Assembly: GCA_046598345.1 (NCBI GenBank)
Contig: JBKJIT010000003.1
Location: forward strand, 222,549 to 271,257
DNA from: Minisyncoccia bacterium
GTDB lineage: Bacteria > Patescibacteriota > Minisyncoccia > Phycocordibacterales > UBA918
Reading direction: 5' to 3'
Length of the DNA: 48,709 nucleotides
Part shown: positions 9,692 to 18,376 of the stretch, piece by piece
Layout of the letters: every line of letters begins with the position of its first letter
Numbering within the stretch: the stretch's first letter is position 1
Program-made: the position numbers and the translations under genes
Notes under the pieces: generated by a model
Told to the model about the DNA's origin: nothing
What the model saw: the letters and a program-made list of their open reading frames with translations, nothing else
The model's database searches: none

Positions 9692-9742
9692 TGCATATAA
9701 CCAAAAAATCTCGCCTCGTGCGAGATTTTTTGGTTATATGCA
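9692..9742. repeat. Perfect 23-bp inverted repeat (5-nt loop), likely terminator
   Basis: tgcatataaccaaaaaatctcgc-ctcgt-gcgagattttttggttatatgca. Confidence 0.88.
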
Positions 9743-9763
9743 CACTTTTCGTCTCACTCTTCG

Positions 9764-9792
9764 TTGACTTCATCCTTAGTGAGCCGTAGTCT
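9764..9792 (+). promoter_or_regulatory. Sigma70-type promoter for the small Cys-rich ORF
   Basis: TTGACT-17 nt-TAGTCT. Confidence 0.6.
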
Positions 9793-9836
9793 GGAACTAG
9801 ATCGTCTTTTGTTTCTTTTTTCCAAGGAGCAACATC

Positions 9837-10028
9837 ATGACCGAGAAGGAAGTAAAGTGCACGGGCTGTCACAACACCCTCTGTATAGGAAGTCTCCAGC
9901 CTGTCATTGTTGAAGTAGCTGGGGTCAAAAAGCCTTTCTGTTCCTACGGGTGTGGTGGCCGCTTTCTCCTTATGCCCATTCAGACAGACTTGTTTGCAAC
10001 GCCGCAACAATTGCAACTGGCGATGTGA
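9837..10028 (+). CDS. Small Cys-rich protein, TRASH/FCS-like metal finger
   Basis: CTGC...FCSYGC; AGGAG RBS upstream, its own promoter, and a TTCG-loop hairpin with T tract at ~10045-10080. Confidence 0.65.
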   Translation: MTEKEVKCTGCHNTLCIGSLQPVIVEVAGVKKPFCSYGCGGRFLLMPIQTDLFATPQQLQLAM

Positions 10029-10398
10029 GGAAACTTGTCACCCATTCCCCGTTTCGACGGGGAATCGTTTTTTGATTTTTCTACAAAATCGCGAAGCAAC
10101 TCTTTATCTAAACCGTCAATATAATGAAGGGTAAATGAAGCCTGCCACTATACGTATATTTTAAGCCGTACTTTAAGATGCGAAACGAGCCGCCAATTTT
10201 TACTTGCGTAAATAAAAAAGATGTGGTATAAGCATTGTAGTTTGTATTGATGTTCCAGAGTTGTCGTCTACTATATATAGTAGTAAGCTGTTTTCATGAA
10301 GAAGCTCATTCGGCATGAAAGAGCGACTGAGGAGGTTATTAAGATTTAAAGGTAAAATTAACTTATTTATGCAAAGTATTACTAGTGGGTTCACGCCA

Positions 10399-12987
10399 AT
10401 GCGCAAAATTGCAGCGCTTGTGGCGATTTTTGCGTTGGTCTTTTCACCACTCGCAGGCGTTCAGTTTGCAAGTGCAGCAGCTGGAGAAGTCAATACTGTT
10501 ACGGGCTCTTGTGGAGCGCCAGTAAACGAGAATCAGTACGAAGTAGGGCAGGCCGTTCTACTTAAAGGGAAGGATTTCCTTCCGAACACTCAGTATAGCT
10601 GGGACATTTCTCCAGCAGCTGGTGGTCCCAATGCTGTAGCAATAGCCAGTGGTTTTGTGACCACTGATGCAAATGGTGATTTTTGCTTCACTGCGATCCC
10701 ATCATTGCCAGAAGGTTCAGAGGATAACGATCCTTTTAAGGCAACAGTGGGTGGTGCAAAATCAGATAATTTTAGTGTAAACGAAAGTGTCAATTCTAAT
10801 GGCACTATCGTTGTTGTAAAAGAATTAGTAAATGAACCAGAAGGTGTTACCGCTGATGATTTCAGCTTCACTGTAAATGGTGGTGATGCAGTTCAATTTG
10901 ATCTTGATGGGTCAAATAATTCAATTCAAAACCTCAATGATGGTCCATTTACAGTTGTAGAAGTTGAGGAAGATGGTGATGGTTACGCTACTTCTTATGA
11001 AGGTTGTTCATCTATTGCACTTACAACAGCAGGTGCAACATGCACTATCACGAACACTTACGAAGCAGCTCCAGTTTGTGAAGACCCAAATGCAAACAAT
11101 GAGAATGAGCCGCTTCCATGTACATATGATCCAACCCAAGCTGTAATTACAGTCAATAAAATAGTAGTAAATCCAGATACTTCAGTAACTCCAAACTATT
11201 TCTCTTTCACCGTAGATGGAGGATTTGGGAATATTTTCGAGGCTGACGGGTCTAATCAAGTAGTTGTAACAACTGCAGGAGTACACAATATCGTTGAAGT
11301 TACTGCGACAGATTACACAACAACATACGATGGATGTTCTCCAACCGTTGTTCTTGGGCAGTCTTACACTTGCACAATAACAAATACGTTTAATCCAGGT
11401 TCTATTACAATCGATAAGGTTGTAACAGGAGCAGGTGCTAATCAGGATCTTGATTTCACATTCACAGGATTCTTTAGCCCATTCTTCTTGCTTTCAGGAA
11501 GCGATGCACCGAAAGTATACACAGGACTTACTTCTGGCGAATACAGCATTACAGAAGTTGATGCATCAGATTACACACTCACCGGAGTGGAATGTAAGGT
11601 TGGTGAAGTTGTAAAAACTGATCTCAATGCAGACGCAGATACTATTCGAATCGCTCTTGGAGCTGGCGAAAATGCAACATGCACATTCACTAACGCAAAG
11701 GATGTGGTTGACGACACTACAATTACGATCAATAAGGTTACGAATGTAGCGAGTGGCGATATGTTCGACTTCTACCTCGATGGAGGAGTGGCAACCTCAG
11801 CGTCACTTATGGGAGGTCAGTCTTCTGGCGCAATGGTAGTTACTCCAGGTTCACACAACCTTGTGGAGGGAGGAGAAACAGGATGGACACTCAATCAAGA
11901 AACTTCTTCTTGTGTAAACGAATCACAAAATGAAGTTGGAGGATTTGATGGCAACCCATATTACCTCACGCTTACAGCTGGAGATGATATTGTGTGTACA
12001 TTTAATAACACACGAGACACGGGTGTACTCCAGGTAAAGAAAGTTGTCCTCGGTTCAGAAGCTGACGAAAGCGCATTTAGCTTCCAAGTAGATGGAGGAA
12101 CGGCTGCTGCTTTTGAGTCTGATGGAGAAAACAACATGACTGTTGTTACCGGCAACTACACAGTAACAGAAGTTGCAAATGCTAATTACGCAACTGTTTA
12201 CGACAACTGTACTGATGTTGCGGTAACGGAAGGAGCGACAACTACATGTACAATCACAAACCGATTCATTGATACGAGTGATGATTCACTCTCATGTTCA
12301 ATCAATGCAAGCGACGTGTCAGTATCAGAAAATCAGGAAGTTACTCTTACATGGGAATCTAACAATGCAACTGATGTAGACATTAGTGGCATCGGAAACA
12401 ATCTTGATCTCGATGGTTCAACATCGACAACAGTGGCTAACGACACTACCTACACACTCACTGCTTCACGCATGGGTGATAACGAAGAACTTGAATCAAT
12501 TCAGTGCCAGGTCACTGTTGACGTTCAGTCAGGCGGTGGAGGAGGCGGAGGTGGAAGTTCACCTTCACCACGTTGTGATGCATTTGAACTCGATGGTGAT
12601 GATCTCTCATGGGAGACTCGAAACGGGTACGACATGAACATTACGCGAAATGGTGATGAGATTTTCTCAACCACAAATGACGATGTAACTGACGAAGGAA
12701 TCTTCGAAACTGCATCTGATGAGGGGGATGTGTTCCTTCTCACGGTAAATCGTGGAAGCAAGGATGATACTTGCCGACTTGAAGTTGATGAAAATGGAGG
12801 CGGAGGCGGAAGCAGCACACCAACCCCAGAGGTATTGGGTGAGGCTACGAGCGTTATTCCACAAGGTGCTCCAAACACGGGCGCTGGAGGATCAGCATCT
12901 TCACTCCCATCTGCGTTCGCACTCCTTGGAATGGTTATGGCTCTCATGACCATTCGAGGAACACGACGTGATGATGAAAAGGCTTAA
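10399..12987 (+). CDS. Secreted surface protein 2: five CnaB/SpaA-like repeats, Ig/PKD-like domain, APNTG sorting signal + hydrophobic tail
   Basis: Signal peptide MRKIAALVAIFALVFSPLAGVQFASA; repeats with K...E...C...C.(I/F)(T/N)N; C-terminal PEVLGEATSVIPQGAPNTGAGG...AFALLGMVMALMTIRGTRR. Confidence 0.87.
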   Translation: MRKIAALVAIFALVFSPLAGVQFASAAAGEVNTVTGSCGAPVNENQYEVGQAVLLKGKDFLPNTQYSWDISPAAGGPNAVAIASGFVTTDANGDFCFTAIPSLPEGSEDNDPFKATVGGAKSDNFSVNESVNSNGTIVVVKELVNEPEGVTADDFSFTVNGGDAVQFDLDGSNNSIQNLNDGPFTVVEVEEDGDGYATSYEGCSSIALTTAGATCTITNTYEAAPVCEDPNANNENEPLPCTYDPTQAVITVNKIVVNPDTSVTPNYFSFTVDGGFGNIFEADGSNQVVVTTAGVHNIVEVTATDYTTTYDGCSPTVVLGQSYTCTITNTFNPGSITIDKVVTGAGANQDLDFTFTGFFSPFFLLSGSDAPKVYTGLTSGEYSITEVDASDYTLTGVECKVGEVVKTDLNADADTIRIALGAGENATCTFTNAKDVVDDTTITINKVTNVASGDMFDFYLDGGVATSASLMGGQSSGAMVVTPGSHNLVEGGETGWTLNQETSSCVNESQNEVGGFDGNPYYLTLTAGDDIVCTFNNTRDTGVLQVKKVVLGSEADESAFSFQVDGGTAAAFESDGENNMTVVTGNYTVTEVANANYATVYDNCTDVAVTEGATTTCTITNRFIDTSDDSLSCSINASDVSVSENQEVTLTWESNNATDVDISGIGNNLDLDGSTSTTVANDTTYTLTASRMGDNEELESIQCQVTVDVQSGGGGGGGGSSPSPRCDAFELDGDDLSWETRNGYDMNITRNGDEIFSTTNDDVTDEGIFETASDEGDVFLLTVNRGSKDDTCRLEVDENGGGGGSSTPTPEVLGEATSVIPQGAPNTGAGGSASSLPSAFALLGMVMALMTIRGTRRDDEKA

Positions 12988-13633
12988 CCTTACATTTCTT
13001 AATACAACGAAACGCCACTACCTTCGGGTAGCGGCGTTTGTTGTATTTGGAATCTCACTCGGTGTACTCTTGTACCCAAAAGTATACCCTTATTTCAGCG
13101 ATCGAAGTGTTGTGGTAAATAATCCATCTGCCCTTGAAAGTACTTCGACTCCAGACGGACTTTCGAGGTCAGCCCCAGTACGGCTTCGAATTCCTACGCT
13201 TAATCTCGATACCACCTTTGAGGCGCCCCTTGGCCTCAATGCCGATCTCACGGTTTCAGTGCCTAAGTCCTATGAGAAAGTTGGGTGGTATAAATTTGGT
13301 CCAACACCAGGAGAAGTAGGTCCCGCGGTGGTTCTGGGGCATGTAGATTCCGTAGATGGCGCAGCGGTGTTTTATGAACTAGGCCAACTCACTCCTGGCG
13401 ATCAAATCTTTGTTCAGCGTCAAGATGGCACTGAAGCGGTATTTGAAGTGGATTTTCTTGAACGATACCCACAGGAGGAATTCCCCTCAGGGCTCGTCTA
13501 TGGTGAAGTTCCGTACTCCGCGCTTCGGCTTGTTACGTGCACTGGCTCATTCGATAAAGGTGAGCAGCGGTACAGCCACAACTTGGTGGTGTACGCAAAG
13601 TTGGTAGAGCAAACTCAAGCTACGAATATTTAA
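12971..13633 (+). CDS. Class F sortase
   Basis: N-terminal TM, PVRLRIP, VGWY..GPTPGEVGPAVVLGHVD, VFYELGQL, LRLVTCTG, YSHNLVVYA; overlaps the stop of surface protein 2. Confidence 0.93.
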   Translation: MMKRLNLTFLNTTKRHYLRVAAFVVFGISLGVLLYPKVYPYFSDRSVVVNNPSALESTSTPDGLSRSAPVRLRIPTLNLDTTFEAPLGLNADLTVSVPKSYEKVGWYKFGPTPGEVGPAVVLGHVDSVDGAAVFYELGQLTPGDQIFVQRQDGTEAVFEVDFLERYPQEEFPSGLVYGEVPYSALRLVTCTGSFDKGEQRYSHNLVVYAKLVEQTQATNI

Positions 13634-14501
13634 ATTTTGCAGCAATAATTTCTGCAATTCGAGTGAATACCTTAAATTCGTGAACTGACTCAAAGCCTTT
13701 CACTTGAGGAGATTTATTAACTTCAAGTACGACAGGTCCAGTATCGGTATGAATCATATCTACCCCGGCAAGATCAATGCTGCACGCCTTTGCTGCAGCA
13801 AGAGCAATTTCCAATTCACCCTGAGTAAGTGTTGTTTTCGCAGGGATTGCTCCTTGACCAATGTTATTTAAATATCCACTCGTACGAGTTCGTTTGATGC
13901 TTCCTAGGACTTCCCCATAGGCAACGAGAGTGCGTGTATCGAATGTGTTTTCAATAAAAGGCTGAATGAGAGCCAATTGGCGGGGAAGTTTACGTTCTAC
14001 AACTTGGTCAAGTTCTTCCAGTGAGGTAAGCAGATGTACATTTATTCCTTTACTTCCATCTGTTTTGAATATGAGTGGAAACGTTACCTGCGAAGCTATA
14101 TATTCACGGTTGGCATGGTACGACTCCTCTCGGAATACCATGGTTGGAGGAATTCGTATTCCGGCAAGCGCTAGCAGCATCATTTGTGAAATCTTTTCGG
14201 CACTATGGGGATAGGAACGATTGATAGGGTCATTGGTGGGAATCCTATTCTGATCGAAATATTCATAAAGCATGCCACAAAAATGTGCATCAGTAGCTCG
14301 AAGGCGGGTAAAGACGTGGGTGCCATGTAAATCAATCTGAGTGTTTTTATTAAAAAAGGTTATGTTGCCATTTTCCTGTATATGAAGGAGCATTTCTTTT
14401 GTTTTGTAGTAGGCTATCGAAGCTTTTTGAATACCTGACGCAAAAGCGCCTCGGGTTTTGTTTCCCGCATTCAATAGAATATATGTAGGTTGCTTTGACA
14501 T
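13620..14501 (-). CDS. RimK-family ATP-grasp ligase
   Basis: FPLIFKTDGSKG, IQPFI, DTRTLV, GYLNNIGQG, AGVDMI, VLEVNKSPQVKGFE. Confidence 0.85.
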   Translation of the reverse strand: MSKQPTYILLNAGNKTRGAFASGIQKASIAYYKTKEMLLHIQENGNITFFNKNTQIDLHGTHVFTRLRATDAHFCGMLYEYFDQNRIPTNDPINRSYPHSAEKISQMMLLALAGIRIPPTMVFREESYHANREYIASQVTFPLIFKTDGSKGINVHLLTSLEELDQVVERKLPRQLALIQPFIENTFDTRTLVAYGEVLGSIKRTRTSGYLNNIGQGAIPAKTTLTQGELEIALAAAKACSIDLAGVDMIHTDTGPVVLEVNKSPQVKGFESVHEFKVFTRIAEIIAAKFKYS

Positions 14502-14662
14502 AGTGTATTTAGGGTGCACTGTAATACTAAATGGGGAAAATTGCAATTCTACAGATTTATTGTGTAGTATAATCGAGTCTTAAAAACGTTGTATAGTAGC
14601 GCCCACATTCATTACTACCTGTATACGGCGACCGTTCTTTCTCTCGGAGGGAGTCATCATTT

Positions 14663-15940
14663 ATGAAGACAGAACAAAAAAACATCATTGCATATGTCAT
14701 GAATTTACCTTCGGATGCTATTCCAAGCATTCGTCGATATGGGCGTAGCATTGATAAAAAATTCAAGGTAATGCTCATTTGGGATACAAATGTCAAAACG
14801 GAAAAAGATAAAGATGCATATCAGGGATTAGATATTTTTCTCCCCATTGATCTCTCAAAGCCAAATGCTATCGCTGAAGCCCTTGCACCGTATCAGTCGA
14901 AACTCTGTGCCATTTCATGTCGCACAGAATCATACATGGCTCGCTTTATTCAAGTGATTCCCCATGTGCCGTATTTGCGAACACCTACGACAGAATCGCT
15001 TAAGTGGGCTTCAGACAAACTTGAGATGCGCCGCCGCTTTGCGCTCCTTGCACCAAAATTTTCTCCCAAGTATGCAGTCGTAAAAGAAAATACATCATCG
15101 GAACGAAGGCGTGTCATAGAAAAGATTAGATTCCCGCTCATTGTGAAGCCTACTAACCTCGCTCAAAGTCTTCTGGTATCAATTTGCTATCACGAAGAAG
15201 AATTTAAAAAGGTACTCACCAACGCTTTTATAAAAATTCAAAAAATATACGATGAAAATGGACGTATTGAGGCTCCAAAAATTATTGCTGAGGAGTTTAT
15301 GGATGGTGATATGTATTCGGTTGATGCATATGTAAATTCACGCGGCAGTATATATTTTTGTCCAATGGTTAAGGTGGTGACGGGAAAAATGATTGGTCAT
15401 GATGATTTTTTTAATTATCTCCATATGTCCCCGACAGCGCTTAAAAAATCTTCAATTGAAAAAGCTCATACTGCAGCAGAGGCAGGTATTCATGCTCTTG
15501 GGCTTAGAAACACGACTGCGCATGTCGAACTTATGAAAGTTGATGATGAGTGGAAGCTCATTGAGATTGGTCCGCGTATAGGAGGATTTAGACACAAGCT
15601 TCACGAACTTTCCTGCGATATCGATCACTCACTCAATGATATTCTTATCCGGTTGCCGAAGCGTCCAATTCTTCCCAAGAAATGCAAAGGGTATGCTGCA
15701 ACCCTCAAGTGGTATCCAAAAAAAGAGGGTATCATCACAAAACTTAAGGGTATTAAAAAGTGCCGCGATCTTAAATCGTTTGTTGATATTAACGTAGTGA
15801 AAAAAGTGGGTGATCGCTGTCGATTTGCCAAAAATGGAGGAAAGGCGGTATTTACAGTCACACTATTCAATGTTGAACGCTCGAAGCTTCTTGCGGATAT
15901 ACGACGAGTTGAGCAACTGATTAACATTGAAATAGCTTAA
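14663..15940 (+). CDS. ATP-grasp enzyme (L-amino-acid-ligase-like)
   Basis: DKLEMRRRF, FPLIVKP, IIAEEFMDG..YSVD, AHVEL, KLIEIGPRIGG. Confidence 0.87.
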   Translation: MKTEQKNIIAYVMNLPSDAIPSIRRYGRSIDKKFKVMLIWDTNVKTEKDKDAYQGLDIFLPIDLSKPNAIAEALAPYQSKLCAISCRTESYMARFIQVIPHVPYLRTPTTESLKWASDKLEMRRRFALLAPKFSPKYAVVKENTSSERRRVIEKIRFPLIVKPTNLAQSLLVSICYHEEEFKKVLTNAFIKIQKIYDENGRIEAPKIIAEEFMDGDMYSVDAYVNSRGSIYFCPMVKVVTGKMIGHDDFFNYLHMSPTALKKSSIEKAHTAAEAGIHALGLRNTTAHVELMKVDDEWKLIEIGPRIGGFRHKLHELSCDIDHSLNDILIRLPKRPILPKKCKGYAATLKWYPKKEGIITKLKGIKKCRDLKSFVDINVVKKVGDRCRFAKNGGKAVFTVTLFNVERSKLLADIRRVEQLINIEIA

Positions 15941-16060
15941 TCCTTCTCAAAACGTCTGCCTACTTCGGCAGCTTCGTCATAAAGAAATTCATCGTAGCAT
16001 CAGTACGCCTCATTTCTTTATGACTCGCTTACTCGTATCCAGAGCGTTTTGAGTAGGATT
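15939..16060. repeat. Structured intergenic element, copy B (81-nt core 15960-16040)
   Basis: CTACTTCGG-4-TTCGTCATA-6-TTCATCGTA-7-TACGCCTCA-19-CTCGTATCC; inner 13-bp perfect stem gtcataaagaaat/atttctttatgac; outer arms aatcct.ctcaaaacg / cgttttgag.aggatt. Confidence 0.88.
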
Positions 16061-16149
16061 AATTAGTTTTAGAATGCCTGCTGAGACTTGCGATGTAATC
16101 GCAGAATGACGTACTCATTAGGTACTTTAGGGTGATATACTGATGATAT

Positions 16150-16947
16150 ATGGTCCCACGGAGCAAACATATCGTTATTGTTTTCGTCATTATTGCGCTT
16201 TTGCTCGTTGGCGTTGTGGTGTATAAGACGCTCATCCAAAAAGATGTGTCGTTAGTGATAAAGGATACTGCTGCGCTCTTTGTGTTTGATGCCCCGGCAT
16301 ATACCCTCGCAGCATCGCCAAGTGCACGCACGAATACATTCAGAGAAAAAGTACTTGCAAAGATAGGTCAACGCGAAAGTCTTGAGGAGGCATCTCCAGT
16401 CACAGAAGAGGTGCTACCATCCCCCGAAGTGATAGCAGAACCAACAGGTACGGAAATAGAAGAGGTTGTAATGGGTGATGTTGTGTCTTCTCCAGACACT
16501 TTTGATTGGGGTATATGGGAAGGAATACTTCCAGAGCTCACACAAAAACGCACAGATTATACGACGTGGGGCCTACTCGTTGAGAATGCGATGCATAATG
16601 CACAAGAGGGAAAGAATGTCGTGAACGCAATAGTTGTTTCTGACGCCGGAACTACATCTCCACTTCTTACTCTTAAAACTGAGGCTGAAAGCTGTTTTGA
16701 TACGTACCTCTCAGCGGGTGGCTTGATTCATAGCGAACTTCTTCTTTCACCTAAAGGAGCGCTTGTTCAAAGATATGACGCAGTGATCGAACAGATTAAC
16801 AACAAGACAGGGGAGACTGAAATCGCTCCACTTTATGGGGAACTGAGCACGCTCTATACGGGTGATACAACACGCATGAGTGCTTATGTTGCGCGAAGTA
16901 GTTCGTGCGACCATTATTTACAAACGCTTACTGCACTCACAGAGTAA
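16150..16947 (+). CDS. Membrane-anchored hypothetical protein with acidic linker
   Basis: TM helix near the N-terminus, E/P-rich spacer, Cys pair in the C-terminal domain. Confidence 0.7.
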   Translation: MVPRSKHIVIVFVIIALLLVGVVVYKTLIQKDVSLVIKDTAALFVFDAPAYTLAASPSARTNTFREKVLAKIGQRESLEEASPVTEEVLPSPEVIAEPTGTEIEEVVMGDVVSSPDTFDWGIWEGILPELTQKRTDYTTWGLLVENAMHNAQEGKNVVNAIVVSDAGTTSPLLTLKTEAESCFDTYLSAGGLIHSELLLSPKGALVQRYDAVIEQINNKTGETEIAPLYGELSTLYTGDTTRMSAYVARSSSCDHYLQTLTALTE

Positions 16948-16958
16948 GAGCATTCTCT

Positions 16959-17690
16959 ATGCGCACACTTGTCCTCGATATTGAAACGGTAGGTGAGAAC
17001 TGGGATTCACTTGATGAAACAACAAAAGGGGTACTTTCGAGGTGGGTGGACAGAACCGCGAAGACCGATGATGAGCACGAGGCTGAAATGAAGGACCTGC
17101 GTGAAGGTTTGGGTTTCTCACCGCTCACGGGAGAGATTGTTGCCATTGGACTGTATGACTTGGAACGCATGCAGGGTGTGGTGTATTACCAATCTGAGGA
17201 GTCTGAAGAATCAACAGAAGGAGGCTGCACCCTGAAGCCGCGCTCAGAAAAAGAAATGCTCGTAGCACTCTGGGAAGGCGCAAAGGAGTATGACACCTTC
17301 GTCACGTTTAATGGCAGGGGATTTGATGTTCCATTTCTCAATTTACGCTCAGCAATTCATGGTATCAAACCAACGCGTGACCTTATGGATGGACGGTATC
17401 TCTATCAGCAAAAATTTGTTCGCCACGTTGATCTGCAGGATCAACTCACGTTTTATGGCGCGATGCACCGCCGCCCGTCATTACACCTTTTTTGCCGAGC
17501 CTTCGGAATCGATAGTCCCAAGGCCGCAGGTGTTGCAGGGGATGATGTAGCGCTTCTTTTTAAATCAAAACAATTTCGTGATATTGCGAAGTACAACGCC
17601 CGCGACATTGTCGCAACTGCTGCGCTCTACGAGAAATGGCTTGCCACACTCGCCCCGAGAAGCTTCATCGAGCCAGTAGACAGATATTAA
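16959..17690 (+). CDS. Standalone 3'-5' exonuclease, PolB/RNase H-like (DnaQ superfamily)
   Basis: LVLDIET, FVTFNGRGFDVPFL, HVDL, IAKYNARDIVAT (DEDDy-type acidic motifs). Confidence 0.88.
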   Translation: MRTLVLDIETVGENWDSLDETTKGVLSRWVDRTAKTDDEHEAEMKDLREGLGFSPLTGEIVAIGLYDLERMQGVVYYQSEESEESTEGGCTLKPRSEKEMLVALWEGAKEYDTFVTFNGRGFDVPFLNLRSAIHGIKPTRDLMDGRYLYQQKFVRHVDLQDQLTFYGAMHRRPSLHLFCRAFGIDSPKAAGVAGDDVALLFKSKQFRDIAKYNARDIVATAALYEKWLATLAPRSFIEPVDRY

Positions 17691-17732
17691 TATCATGGTA
17701 TAATGTGATCTGATTAACTACAGGAGATCTTC

Positions 17733-17888
17733 TTGATTCAGATACTTCCACTTCTTGGCGATATCGGCCTCGGTACCCTCTCTGTTGCGTTCGTTTCACA
17801 TTGGTATGGGGTGCACGATTTGCATGCATTCCTTCTCATTCCACTTGCAGTGTTTGCTGGCATGAAGTACTTCTTCATTGAGGGATAG
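17733..17888 (+). CDS. Small 51-aa membrane protein (TTG start)
   Basis: AGGAG 6 nt upstream; promoter TAGACA-16-TATAAT (17677-17704); two hydrophobic segments; stops 2 nt before the next ATG. Confidence 0.55.
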   Translation: MIQILPLLGDIGLGTLSVAFVSHWYGVHDLHAFLLIPLAVFAGMKYFFIEG

Positions 17889-17890
17889 AA

Positions 17891-18325
17891 ATGGAAAAAA
17901 ATTCTGAACACGATGATCTGCATTTCTATCCAGCCGATTTGATTGAACCAACGAAGCGTTCGGTGTATTCGGAAACAGAACACCAGATAGAGGTGAACAC
18001 ATATCTCCGCTCTCAAGAAGAGTTGGAAATCGAAATTCAACGGATATGGTTACCGCTTCTTTTTTGCCTCATCCCACTCACGCTGGCTTGGATCCTGGTG
18101 TACCTCTGTACGAGCTTCCACATGGGAGACCCTGTGTCCTATAAGCTCATTGCAACATCGCTCTGCGTGGCCACCATGTTCAATCAGTGGATCATACTTA
18201 CGTGGTGGGGGCACACCCTCAATAAGATCCTTGCTGTGTGGTGGTCACTGCTTGGAATAGGAATCCTTACGGAAACACTCCCGCCGGGAATGGTGTGGAA
18301 CTTCCTGAGGTTGTTGTTTGCCTGA
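17891..18325 (+). CDS. Hypothetical multi-pass membrane protein
   Basis: Acidic N-terminus then about 3 hydrophobic helices; followed by a terminator. Confidence 0.65.
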   Translation: MEKNSEHDDLHFYPADLIEPTKRSVYSETEHQIEVNTYLRSQEELEIEIQRIWLPLLFCLIPLTLAWILVYLCTSFHMGDPVSYKLIATSLCVATMFNQWIILTWWGHTLNKILAVWWSLLGIGILTETLPPGMVWNFLRLLFA

Positions 18326-18358
18326 AAGCCCGGGACGCGTACGCGCCCCGGGCTTTTT
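18325..18358 (+). terminator. Intrinsic terminator
   Basis: aaagcccggg-acgcgtacgcgc-cccgggcttttt. Confidence 0.8.
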
Positions 18359-18376
18359 CTTTGCTATACTCTAGAA

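Noticed and set aside
10176-10250. Reverse-strand copy of the 80-nt element
   Set aside because: AGATGCGAA and GCGTA match partly, but the spacing and remaining blocks do not fit.
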